Source: Candidatus Moraniibacteriota bacterium (lineage in GTDB: Bacteria > Patescibacteriota > Minisyncoccia > Moranbacterales > UBA1568). From it: a stretch of 64,000 bases of DNA. Every line of letters begins with the position of its first letter. Position 1 is the stretch's first letter. Made by a program: the position numbers and the translations under genes. Positions 27,668 to 36,918 of this stretch are shown here, piece by piece. Where the stretch lies: assembly GCA_028711705.1 (NCBI GenBank), contig JAQTRS010000004.1, forward strand, positions 9,205 to 73,204, in the 5' to 3' direction. The notes beneath the pieces are model-generated. The model searched no databases, was not told the DNA's origin, and worked only from the letters and a program-made list of their open reading frames with translations.

Positions 27668-27919
27668 TTACCTGAGCAATATATCCGTGTCATGAAATTC
27701 GTGCAAATCGAAATCGTTATCGGGATGCACGAGGATGCAGTGATGGATATCTGTGCCGCAAAGGTCTCTGCAATCGGGAAGGTTGCACAACGACCCTCTT
27801 GTTGCTGGTGATCTATTGAGTACGCAGTGCGGGGGAAGGTTGCTGTTGTAGGTGCTTTTCGGGGGCGTTGCCATGAAGTTTTCATCCATCGCATCGTCCT
27901 CATCATAGAGGGTGTTCAT
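27668..27919 (-). CDS. hypothetical small acidic Cys/His-rich protein
   Basis: AGGAG RBS 8 nt upstream of the ATG on the minus strand. 83 aa. HCILVHPDNDFDLHEFHD. Confidence 0.35.
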   Translation of the reverse strand: MNTLYDEDDAMDENFMATPPKSTYNSNLPPHCVLNRSPATRGSLCNLPDCRDLCGTDIHHCILVHPDNDFDLHEFHDTDILLR

Positions 27920-28133
27920 GGAAATGACTCCTATGTTTGATGCGCGGTGATTTTCTGTTTTGTAAAGGGACTGCTTTTGATTACAGGCTAACAGGAATCG
28001 ATTGCTTGGTCAATGAGCTGCGGACAGTGGCGTTCCCTTGACTTTTTCCCTTTACTATGCTATCCTAAAGTTTAGTTTTTTAAAAACTGAAACCGATGTT
28101 CCCACGGTTCGTTTGGGAAAGCAGGAGGTAGTT

Positions 28134-29597
28134 ATGTTGGTAGAAGATATCTTTCCTCAAGAAGAAGAGCGAGAACTTTCTTTTGAGGAAATAGTGAAAT
28201 GGTGTAAAGAATGGTGGTGGAATTGGGGAGACCTCATATCGATCGGGGTTGTTGTTTCCATTTTTTTCATTTTGGTGGTGGTGCCTCTTTTTTCTCTTTC
28301 AGAAACGAAGTTGAGAGAAGGGGTGCAAATCATGAGCGAGGAACAGATTGCTCGTGAAGCGGATCAATTAGTGCTGCTGATTAAGCGGCACGATATTGAT
28401 GATACTCAATACCTGGATATCGTATACAAGCAGCAAAAGCTTAATCAAGAGTGTCAAGCTGCGCGAATGGTGATTCAAGCACAGATGGGCAATGCCAGCG
28501 GCTACTATGATGCAGCACATTATAATAGTCCGTGTATGCGGATGCAGGCTGGTGATATACGATTCATGTATGATTCGTTTGTAAATAATTATTTGGAACA
28601 ACTGCGTCGTGATGTTTGGAAGGAAGCGGGAAGCGATTCTGAAAAGAAGCGTGCCGAGATTTTTCAAAACAAAGCGAAGCGAGAAGATACTAAAGAGTCT
28701 TTGATAGTTTCGGTCTGGCATCCTGAAATGCTTTTACGTTCGTATGTTGGCGGCATAATCTGGTTTGCTTGTTGGTTTATCTACCGTATACGGCAGAAGG
28801 AATTGAACATGAAGTGGGAGTCAATCAGACTTCCATGGATGATCATCTTGTGGCCGGTAACCTTTTGGTACTATCCCGGAAGCGCTATCGAACAGGCAAA
28901 AGAAATTAAGCGATGGATCGGTTATGCTTTTTCAACCTTTATTTCTTTTTGCGGTTTCGGAATCGCGAGTGCCGGAAGTCTGCCGAAAGTGTCCGCAGGC
29001 GCAAGCGTCGTTTCCAGTTATGTCTATGGTAATGCTAAGAAGGCTGGTGGATCATCATTGCAACCGTGGGCTGAAGTGAGCTATGCTGTGAATGATAAGT
29101 ACACCTTGTATGGCGGAACGTGGGCATCGATCGGTTTGGAGAATACGCATGGCAATGAGCTTGATTATTCCGTCGGGGTCCGTACGAGCGTATTCGATAC
29201 GGTGAGCATAGATGCCTCGTATAACTTCTACCATTTCATGACGAATGGATGGCGAGATGGCATGCATGCTCCGAAAGTGGTAGCCTGTTACAAAGAGTAC
29301 TCTTTGTGTGGCAAGGCTCAGCTCAGCATTCCGACGGATGGCGCGAGGTATGGATCGCAGGTAAGCGTGTGGTGGACTCACGAGTGGACATCGCTTAAGA
29401 TCGGGACGAATATCGGGTTGACCTATGATTGCTGCGTTTATGAGCGCAAACCGGTAACGGTGCTCAAAATGGAATTCTCGGTGCCACTCGGGAAGAGCCC
29501 TTTTCAGGTTTTCAGCCGGGTGTTGATTCCGATATTCGGAGGGCAAAGCGATAACCAGGATACTCAGGTGGTAACAGGACTTTCGGTGGTTTGGTAA
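28134..29597 (+). CDS. hypothetical membrane protein with a C-terminal beta-rich domain ending in an aromatic residue
   Basis: AGGAGG RBS. Several N-terminal TM segments. C-terminal about 220 aa with alternating hydrophobic pattern, terminal ...GLSVVW. Confidence 0.5.
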   Translation: MLVEDIFPQEEERELSFEEIVKWCKEWWWNWGDLISIGVVVSIFFILVVVPLFSLSETKLREGVQIMSEEQIAREADQLVLLIKRHDIDDTQYLDIVYKQQKLNQECQAARMVIQAQMGNASGYYDAAHYNSPCMRMQAGDIRFMYDSFVNNYLEQLRRDVWKEAGSDSEKKRAEIFQNKAKREDTKESLIVSVWHPEMLLRSYVGGIIWFACWFIYRIRQKELNMKWESIRLPWMIILWPVTFWYYPGSAIEQAKEIKRWIGYAFSTFISFCGFGIASAGSLPKVSAGASVVSSYVYGNAKKAGGSSLQPWAEVSYAVNDKYTLYGGTWASIGLENTHGNELDYSVGVRTSVFDTVSIDASYNFYHFMTNGWRDGMHAPKVVACYKEYSLCGKAQLSIPTDGARYGSQVSVWWTHEWTSLKIGTNIGLTYDCCVYERKPVTVLKMEFSVPLGKSPFQVFSRVLIPIFGGQSDNQDTQVVTGLSVVW

Positions 29598-29735
29598 ATC
29601 AGAACTTCTGATGAAAGAAATAGTGGCGCGCGACGTATAGCTTGTCTATATGCTGCGCGCCTTTTTTTATTCCTTTTTTGCAGACAAGAACGGATGGAAA
29701 TGGTATGATGGAAGAACGAAGTTTTTGTTTTGCTT

Positions 29736-30416
29736 ATGGCGAGTTTTCGCGCACATTTTTCTCTTGGCATACTTTTGGGCGTTGCGGCGGTGGCTACTAT
29801 AGTCAGTTTCACTTTGGCGGACGAGGCGAGTTTCTATGTGGCGGTATTCGTGGCAGCGGTGATCGGCGGCATCATGCCGGATATGGATAGTGATTCGGGC
29901 ATCCCATTCCATGTGACGTTCGGGGTGCTCAGCTGCATTGCCGGAAGTCTTGCCTTGCTTCATGTGATGCGGACTGCTCCGCATGATTGCCAATTGCTTA
30001 TCGGTTGGCCGATCGGGGCGATGTTTTTGGTGTGGGTGGTGGGCGGTTCGATATTCAAGCAGCTCACGCATCATCGCGGTATGGTGCATTCGATTCCGGC
30101 GGCGCTGCTTTCCGGATTGGTGACCTTCATGTTGGCGCAGAAGTATGGTTTTATCGAAGGCGATGCTTTTCTTTTGGCGGTAGCGCTGACGATCGGGTTT
30201 ATCGGACACTTAGTTTTGGATGAGATATGGGCGGCGGTCAATTTTCACGGCGTGCCATTCATCCCCAACAAGGCTTTCGGGAGCGCCCTGAAACTAGCGT
30301 CGCACAGCAAATTGACCAATGTCATCGTCTACGGGCTCATACTTTTTTTCTTGGCAGGGAATTGGGAGAGTCTGACCCATTTGTCGGAAACGCTGTTTGC
30401 GACGGTGCGGCCATAG
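29736..30416 (+). CDS. membrane-bound metal-dependent hydrolase (YdjM/DUF457 family)
   Basis: Multi-TM protein with HHRGMVHS and HLVLDE His/Asp motifs typical of YdjM. Confidence 0.55.
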   Translation: MASFRAHFSLGILLGVAAVATIVSFTLADEASFYVAVFVAAVIGGIMPDMDSDSGIPFHVTFGVLSCIAGSLALLHVMRTAPHDCQLLIGWPIGAMFLVWVVGGSIFKQLTHHRGMVHSIPAALLSGLVTFMLAQKYGFIEGDAFLLAVALTIGFIGHLVLDEIWAAVNFHGVPFIPNKAFGSALKLASHSKLTNVIVYGLILFFLAGNWESLTHLSETLFATVRP

Positions 30417-30629
30417 CCAGGTTGCAAAAACTGCCCTAAGCTCCACTCTTCATTTTATTTGAGCCATTTTAAGAAAATCTTGCGGATGTGTCATTGACAA
30501 AATCCGTCAAGAGGTATATACTATTCAGTCGGTTCATTGACAATCTACAAGTACATAAGTATAAACAAGCGTTGGTTACGTCAAAAAACCGCCTGTTTAC
30601 GATTTTCACAAAAACAAACCTGGAGAAGA

Positions 30630-31064
30630 ATGATGAAAAAGTTTATTTTATGGGCAATCAATTTTGTTCTTAAGCAACAATGGGTTTCGATGCAAGAGAT
30701 TGAAAATTTATCAAAACCAATAGTGACAACAACTGTCGAGGTGTCAACACCAAAGATAGAGACGGAATATCTTCATCAACTCTTTGTTAATGAGACTATC
30801 GCTATCAACTCAACGGATGGAATGAGAACAATCGCTGAAGCGAACGCTGTCTTTACGGGCTACATTGATCCGGAGTTCGTTAAATGGGGTCTTAATAAAC
30901 CAAGCAAATCAACGAAAAAAACCAAAGCAATTGTTTGCGAGATGACGAAGGATGGTATATTTTCGAAAATTTTCGGAAGCCTCGGGAGATCTCTCGATGA
31001 CATGTGCTTTACTCAAAGTCAGATTATCGATTTTTCAGAGAATCATAAGGATAAGTTACGCTAG
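30630..31064 (+). CDS. hypothetical secreted/membrane protein
   Basis: GGAGAAG RBS. N-terminal hydrophobic segment. TTGACA-N17-TATACT promoter at about 30495-30523. Confidence 0.45.
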   Translation: MMKKFILWAINFVLKQQWVSMQEIENLSKPIVTTTVEVSTPKIETEYLHQLFVNETIAINSTDGMRTIAEANAVFTGYIDPEFVKWGLNKPSKSTKKTKAIVCEMTKDGIFSKIFGSLGRSLDDMCFTQSQIIDFSENHKDKLR

Positions 31065-31509
31065 GATGGATATGGAACATTTTTCTTGTTCAAGAAAGAC
31101 GACAACATCCTTTCAAAGGACGATCCTGACAATGAAAACCTTTTTGTCGCGGACGTCTATGGTAACTCCGATGGCCGTCTCTATGCGAACGTCTACCGAT
31201 TTTCGAATGACGACGTGTGGAATGCCGGCTCCTCTCATCGCTTCGTGGTTCCGCAACTGACCGCTTGAGTCTGAGTTTTTGACACTTAGACTCTTAGTCC
31301 CTTGGACAATTTGTCATTTTGGTAAACCAATTTGGCAAGTCCGGGAGATTTTTATATACTTCGATGTCCCGAAACGCATTGTTTCTCCCTCCTGTCTGGT
31401 GATTGCGATTCAGAATGAAATGTAAGGAAAATTATTGACGTGGTTGAGTATTTTTGGTACGATACGCTTTCAATATCAGGGAGTGTGTCTATGCGTAACA
31501 AGGAGAAAT

Positions 31510-32685
31510 ATGGATGAGCATATCGGGAAATTCACCGGGGAGCTGAAATGGGCGTTTGGTTCAGGATTTTTCATCAAACTGACTCTCGGCAAACCGGTCT
31601 CGGATGACGAGGACGGAGTGCAAAGAGTCGTGATCCGCGCCGTGGAGATACGGGAGGAAAAGAAGCTGTCTTTCGTGTATAAGTATCCGACCAAGCATAT
31701 CACCAAGAACTATTCGCTTCAGGAGGCTGTGGCGGAACTGACCGCTTTGCTTGGAGACGTGTTTTTAAATGCGGTCCTGTTCACGGCGGCCAAGGATATG
31801 CGCCTGAGCTTCAATAGGAAAAAGAAAGCCAATATCCGTTATGGCAAGCCGACCTGCACGCTTCCGGATACGGCGGCACACGATGCCCGCAAGGAGCGCT
31901 TCATCAGCATCGACGATAATCAGTACCTGAAGGATCTGGGCGTGGTGATCGAAGGCGGGCAGTTGTCATATGCTATGCGCAGCAAGTTCAAGCAGATCAA
32001 TCGCTATATCGAAACGATCGATGCGCTCATCACATCCTCCGGTCTGAAGGAGAAAGAGAAACTTGAAATAGCGGACATGGGTTCCGGGAAGGGATATCTG
32101 ACATTCGCTCTCTATGACTATCTGACCCATACGCTCAAAAAAGAAGCGCATGTGACCGGCGTCGAGATGCGCGAGGAATTAGTGATCATCTGCAGCGGCA
32201 TCGCGACGAAATGCGGTTTTGAAAACCTTGACTTCCATCAGGGTGATATCGCGAGCTATCCGAAGGGGAAGATGGATATGCTGATAGCCCTGCATGCCTG
32301 CGATACGGCGACCGATGACGCGATCTATCAAGGCATCACCTCCGATGCCGATGTCATCATCACAGCGCCATGCTGCCATCGTCAGATCAGGAAGGAGCTG
32401 AACGTGACCGATGGGCTTGCAAGTATCGTGGCTCATGGCATTTTGGAGGAGCGTCAGGCGGAGTTGGTGACGGACACCCTGCGCGGGCTTGTGCTTGAGG
32501 CGCATGGCTACAAGACGCGGATCTTCGAATTCATCACCGATGAGCACACGCACAAAAACGTGATGATAGTCGGCGTCAAAAATGCCGCCAAAAAAGATGC
32601 TGTGGCCAGTCTTGAAAAGATCGCTGCTGTGAAAAAACTGTTCGGTATAGAAAATTTTTATCTAGAGAGCTTGTTTGTGCGGTAG
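31510..32685 (+). CDS. class I SAM-dependent methyltransferase (Methyltransf_32-like)
   Basis: AGGAG RBS. DMGSGKGYLTFALY SAM-binding motif I. LHACDTATD and APCCHRQ blocks. Confidence 0.6.
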   Translation: MDEHIGKFTGELKWAFGSGFFIKLTLGKPVSDDEDGVQRVVIRAVEIREEKKLSFVYKYPTKHITKNYSLQEAVAELTALLGDVFLNAVLFTAAKDMRLSFNRKKKANIRYGKPTCTLPDTAAHDARKERFISIDDNQYLKDLGVVIEGGQLSYAMRSKFKQINRYIETIDALITSSGLKEKEKLEIADMGSGKGYLTFALYDYLTHTLKKEAHVTGVEMREELVIICSGIATKCGFENLDFHQGDIASYPKGKMDMLIALHACDTATDDAIYQGITSDADVIITAPCCHRQIRKELNVTDGLASIVAHGILEERQAELVTDTLRGLVLEAHGYKTRIFEFITDEHTHKNVMIVGVKNAAKKDAVASLEKIAAVKKLFGIENFYLESLFVR

Positions 32686-32688
32686 GAA

Positions 32689-32768
32689 GGAAAAGGGTTT
32701 CAGGACTTACTCCGCGGCCGGTGCGAGTACGGAGTGGCCACTACATAAGTCCTGAAACCCTTTTTTCT
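32689..32768 (+). terminator. rho-independent terminator: 17-bp stem (AAGGGTTTCAGGACTTA/TAAGTCCTGAAACCCTT) with an internal sub-hairpin, followed by TTTTTTCT
   Basis: Seen directly in the sequence, immediately after the methyltransferase stop. Confidence 0.7.
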
Positions 32769-33015
32769 GTGGGATATAGAGGTGCATATGGCCCATATCA
32801 AACCGATGCTGGTATATCCAGCGTTTTTTTGACGGTCTTGCGACGCTTTATGGCGCGCCTGGATGAGGGAAATGCGCTTTTATTCGCATAGGCTATGAAA
32901 ATTATCGAGGTGAAAGGAGTAGTACTGTGTAGAGGACGCTTAATTCTTGTATAACGGGTTTACTCCTAGTGCGTGGGCTCTTCTCATCCGTTAGGGGTGG
33001 TGCCTGTGCGATCAT

Positions 33016-34026
33016 ATGAAAACGATAGCGATTATCGGGAGCGGCGTGGTCGGAAGCGCCACCGGTAAGGGATTCATTGCGAGGGGAGCGGAGGTGGTGT
33101 TTTATGATGTCAGGGATGAGGCTATAGCCAACCTGAGGGGGCAGGGTCTTGAGGCGAGGCATATGGATGATTTGGATGTGAACGGGAGTGACACCTTCTT
33201 TTTCGTCGTTTCGACACCGACGCAGCGGGGAAAAATCAACCTCAAGTACCTGCGATCGGCAGTAAGGACATTCGGAAAAAAACTCAGGTATCGGGAGGGG
33301 TATTGCATGGTGGTGATACGCAGCACGGTGCCTCCGAAAACGACGGAAGATATCCTCATCCCCCTTCTGGAGAAAGCATCCAAGAAGCGGGCCGGGAAGG
33401 ACTTCGGGGTGGCGATGAACCCGGAGTATCTGAGGGAGCGAAGCGCTGAGTATGATTTTAGAAATCCGTGGGTCGTGACCGTGGGCTCGCTCGATCAGCG
33501 GTCGCGTCAGCGTATGGAGGATATCTTTTCCGATTATACGTGCAAGATCCACTATGTTTCCGTGCGTGAGGCCGAGATGCAGAAGTATGTCCACAATCTT
33601 TACAATGCCGTCAAGATCGCATTCTTCAATGAGATCAGGGTGGTGGCGGATCGGGTCGATATCATGCCCGAGAGGGTGTTCGATATCACAACCCAGAGCG
33701 CGGAGGGTTTCTGGAATCAGGAGTACGGATTGAAAAATAAGGGTCCTTTCGAGGGCACGTGCCTGCCTAAGGATACCCAGGCGTTTTTCGATTGGGCCTC
33801 GAAGGAGCTGCGCATCCATATGGATGTGTTGGAGGGCGCTATCAATGCCAATAAAAAATACGGGAAAATCTGGTATAAGACGCATGAAATACGCAAGGAG
33901 AAGTCGTTGCCCTCTGCGAAAGCGTTTTCGGTGCTGCAGGTCGCTCCTTTTGCCGAGCATGCGCCCGCGTTAAGCAAGGTCGCGCAGAGACATGCGTTTC
34001 AGAAAAACCGGAAGGCTCAGGATTAA
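33016..34026 (+). CDS. UDP-glucose/GDP-mannose dehydrogenase family protein, short form lacking the usual C-terminal nucleotide-sugar-binding domain
   Basis: GSGVVGSATG NAD-binding. NPEYLRERSAEYDF (NPEFLREGxA-like). EGTCLPKD catalytic-Cys block. Only 336 aa, versus about 390-440 for a typical member. Confidence 0.7.
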   Translation: MKTIAIIGSGVVGSATGKGFIARGAEVVFYDVRDEAIANLRGQGLEARHMDDLDVNGSDTFFFVVSTPTQRGKINLKYLRSAVRTFGKKLRYREGYCMVVIRSTVPPKTTEDILIPLLEKASKKRAGKDFGVAMNPEYLRERSAEYDFRNPWVVTVGSLDQRSRQRMEDIFSDYTCKIHYVSVREAEMQKYVHNLYNAVKIAFFNEIRVVADRVDIMPERVFDITTQSAEGFWNQEYGLKNKGPFEGTCLPKDTQAFFDWASKELRIHMDVLEGAINANKKYGKIWYKTHEIRKEKSLPSAKAFSVLQVAPFAEHAPALSKVAQRHAFQKNRKAQD

Positions 34027-34035
34027 GAGCGGCGT

Positions 34036-36849
34036 ATGGAAACATTTTTTACCACCGTTGCGAATAGCGAATTTTTCCGCACCCATGCGGCGGTATGGTG
34101 GGGATATTTTCCGTTGGGTGTTATCGGTTTGTGGCGTTGGTCGGTGTGGGGTTTCAAAAAAATAACTTCGTTTTTTTACCGTCTCCCGGTCGGGGAATAT
34201 GGCGCGAGCGTTTCCATCGTGACCCCGGTGTATAATGAGAATCCGGAAATGTTTCGCGCGGCGCTCGTATCGTGGAAAGGGAATCATCCCAAGGAGATCA
34301 TCGCGGTCATCGACCATACCGACACGCGGTGCATCGAGGTGTTCGAGGTATTCAGCGAGAGCTGTCCGGAAGCGAGGATGATCATAACGCGCGTTCCAGG
34401 GAAAAGGGAGGCGCTCGCCACGGGCATCGGCGCTTCGACGGGCGAAATCGTGGCGCTGGTGGACAGTGATACCATTTGGACGGAAGGCCTGAAAGAAAAA
34501 GTAACGGGACCTTTTTCCGATGCGCGGGTGGGCGGCGTGGCTCCCCGTCAGGACGTATTGTTCGCCGATACGATCGCGCGGAAATTATTCCGCATCCATA
34601 TTTTCAATCGCTACGGCAATGATCTGGTATATCAGGCGGCGTTCGGCAATGCGCTCAGCTGCATATCGGGGCGCACGGGCGTGTATCGCCGCAGTGCCAT
34701 AGCGCATCTGACCAAGGAACTTGTCACCGAGCGATTCTTCGGCAAGAAGTGTATCAGCGGCGATGACAAACGGTTGACCAGCCTTGTCCAGCGCGATGGC
34801 TGGGATGTGAAGTATGTGAGGACCGCGCTGGTCTATACGCCCGGTTCGCGCGATATGCGGACGTATACCAAGCAGCAGATCCGTTGGACGAGAAACAGCT
34901 GGCGCTCCGACATGAAAGCGCTCTTTTCCGGGTGGCTTTGGAAAAACCCCTTCTTGGCATTCCATACGATCGATCGGTTTATCCAACCGTTCACGCTGCT
35001 TTTAGGGCCGATATTTTTCGGTATCGCGCTGTACCGGGGCGATTTCATCATCGCGTGGATCCTCGTATGCTGGTGGATGATAAGCCGCGCCCTGAAGGTC
35101 CTGCCGCACTTCATGAAACATCCCGCGGATGTCGCCATCCTGCCGATCCATGTGGCGTACGGTTTTTTTCTCGCGCTCATAAAAATATATACGCTGGTGA
35201 CGGTGGACGAGCAGACATGGATCACCCGCTGGGACAGGAGCCGGTTGAATCGGTTGGGTTTTTTGAGGAGGGCGTCCGCATATACGGTAACGGTGTCGAT
35301 CGTCGTTCTTTTGTCTTTCGTCGGTTATCAATCCAGTGACCGTCTCTCTTCGCGCGCCCAGGCCGAGCAGAGAAAGGCGTTTGCGGCACAAGAGAAGGAA
35401 ATGAAAAGGCTGTTTCGGGTCGAGGATCAGAGCCATTTGGTGCTCACGAACGATCAGGAGAGCGGGATGCGCAGAGAAAGCCTTTCTCAGAAATTGGATA
35501 CGGATTCATTCGGGTATTACAGGCTCAAGCAAGGTGAAACGTATGCCGATGTGAGAAGGAGATTTTTTCTTCATCCGGACAGTACTCTCCTTCCCGTCGA
35601 AGGGCCTACCTATGGTCCCATAGGCGGTGTGAATCTTGGGGAGCGGGTCGCGATCGCGGTGAATGATTTGCGAAACCCGGATATGGAGCGGTACCGCCGC
35701 AACAGCACGGTAGGTTTTGTGGTGGTCAATTATCCCAAGCAAAATGCGATACGGATAAGCGGAAAAGGTTCCTTCGTGACCATTGATGATTTGGCGGCAA
35801 GGATCCATAATAAAGCGATTCTCGAAAATCTCGGCAATAAACAGTTCATACTCAGGAAGAACGTGTTTATCGATGATGGTGTCACCTTGATTATCGATGG
35901 CGCTTCCGTGGGGTGGCTCAAGCTCAAAAGCGATGCTAACGGTTTCGTGTGGCTGAAATCCGAAAATGGGAATATCGTTATCAGAAATACGAAAGTCACC
36001 TCGTGGGATGAGGGGGCGGTGAATTATGACATGAATTGGAATGACGGCCGGAGCTATATTCTGCAGAAGTTGAGCGGACGGATGGATATCGATGGGAGCG
36101 AACTCGCCTATCTGGGATATTTCGGGTCGCCGAACCGGGGCAATCCCTATGGCGGACCATACGGCGTTTCGTGGAAATTGTCGGACGGGACATTCCGAGA
36201 CGACCTTTCTACGGGACGGTTGACGCACAGCAATATTCACCATAACCTGTTCGGCATGTACACCTTCGGCGCCACCGGAATCGTGCTTTCGGACAATGAT
36301 GTGCATGACAATGTCGAATACGGCCTGGATCCTCATGATGATTCCAATCATCTGCTCATAGAGGGTAATCGGGTATTCCGTAATGGGAATCATGGTATCA
36401 TCCTTTCCAGGAGATGTTTTTCCAATATTATCCGGGGCAATTTTTCGCAGGATAATCGTCTGCACGGCATAATGCTCGATCGCGATTCGAATAATAATCT
36501 GGTGGAAAACAACTATATCTCCGGAAATGTGAACGGCATCGTGATGTATCACTCATTCGAAAATATGGCGATGAACAATGTTTTGAGCAATAACGGTTTC
36601 GGTATCCGTATAAATAATGAGTCCGGGAATAATTTCTTCGGGGAGAACGTTATCGTCAGCAATCGGAAGGGAATATATTTTTACCAGAATTCATCGGATA
36701 ATTACGTGTTCAGGAATACGTTTTTGCAAAATGCTATCAATGTGCATCTGAAGCAGGAATCAGGCGCTTTCTTTGTGCAGTCGTCGGGTCAGGAGGTCCT
36801 GCAGAAACAAGAGGTTAGTCCGGATGCTGCGCGCGGTGCGGTGCTGTGA
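34036..36849 (+). CDS. processive GT2 polysaccharide synthase (HAS/NodC/chitin-synthase type) fused to a LysM-like segment and a C-terminal PbH1 right-handed beta-helix domain
   Basis: VSIVTPVYNE, VDSDT (DxD), SGDDKRLT (G[DE]DRxLT) and QQIRWTRNSW (QxxRW). Then 4-5 TM helices and a YYRLKQGETYADVRRRF LysM-like stretch. At least 7 PbH1 repeats (NGNHGIIL, NNYISGNVNGIVM, NNGFGIRI...). 937 aa. Confidence 0.8.
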   Translation: METFFTTVANSEFFRTHAAVWWGYFPLGVIGLWRWSVWGFKKITSFFYRLPVGEYGASVSIVTPVYNENPEMFRAALVSWKGNHPKEIIAVIDHTDTRCIEVFEVFSESCPEARMIITRVPGKREALATGIGASTGEIVALVDSDTIWTEGLKEKVTGPFSDARVGGVAPRQDVLFADTIARKLFRIHIFNRYGNDLVYQAAFGNALSCISGRTGVYRRSAIAHLTKELVTERFFGKKCISGDDKRLTSLVQRDGWDVKYVRTALVYTPGSRDMRTYTKQQIRWTRNSWRSDMKALFSGWLWKNPFLAFHTIDRFIQPFTLLLGPIFFGIALYRGDFIIAWILVCWWMISRALKVLPHFMKHPADVAILPIHVAYGFFLALIKIYTLVTVDEQTWITRWDRSRLNRLGFLRRASAYTVTVSIVVLLSFVGYQSSDRLSSRAQAEQRKAFAAQEKEMKRLFRVEDQSHLVLTNDQESGMRRESLSQKLDTDSFGYYRLKQGETYADVRRRFFLHPDSTLLPVEGPTYGPIGGVNLGERVAIAVNDLRNPDMERYRRNSTVGFVVVNYPKQNAIRISGKGSFVTIDDLAARIHNKAILENLGNKQFILRKNVFIDDGVTLIIDGASVGWLKLKSDANGFVWLKSENGNIVIRNTKVTSWDEGAVNYDMNWNDGRSYILQKLSGRMDIDGSELAYLGYFGSPNRGNPYGGPYGVSWKLSDGTFRDDLSTGRLTHSNIHHNLFGMYTFGATGIVLSDNDVHDNVEYGLDPHDDSNHLLIEGNRVFRNGNHGIILSRRCFSNIIRGNFSQDNRLHGIMLDRDSNNNLVENNYISGNVNGIVMYHSFENMAMNNVLSNNGFGIRINNESGNNFFGENVIVSNRKGIYFYQNSSDNYVFRNTFLQNAINVHLKQESGAFFVQSSGQEVLQKQEVSPDAARGAVL

Positions 36850-36918
36850 TGACCAATCGGGGGAAGGGGAGTGGTGAGCACGGTAATGTTTCACAGGGGG
36901 ATATAAACCTATAAGAGC

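Noticed and set aside
26569-27906. 445-aa minus-strand ORF overlapping the GH57 gene
   Set aside because: Antisense to a gene with a clear GH57 signature and ATGA coupling to glgA. Only the distal 27668-27919 part with its own AGGAG RBS was kept as a possible small gene.
31086-31268. 60-aa ORF downstream of the 30630 gene
   Set aside because: No RBS and only weak coding signal. It may be real, but it cannot be supported from the sequence alone.
32902-33960. 352-aa minus-strand ORF overlapping the UDP-sugar dehydrogenase gene
   Set aside because: The plus-strand frame carries the NAD-binding and catalytic-Cys motifs. The minus frame has none.
35506-36552. 348-aa minus-strand ORF inside the GT2-beta-helix fusion gene
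   Set aside because: Antisense shadow of the PbH1 repeat region. The plus frame carries the recognisable repeats.
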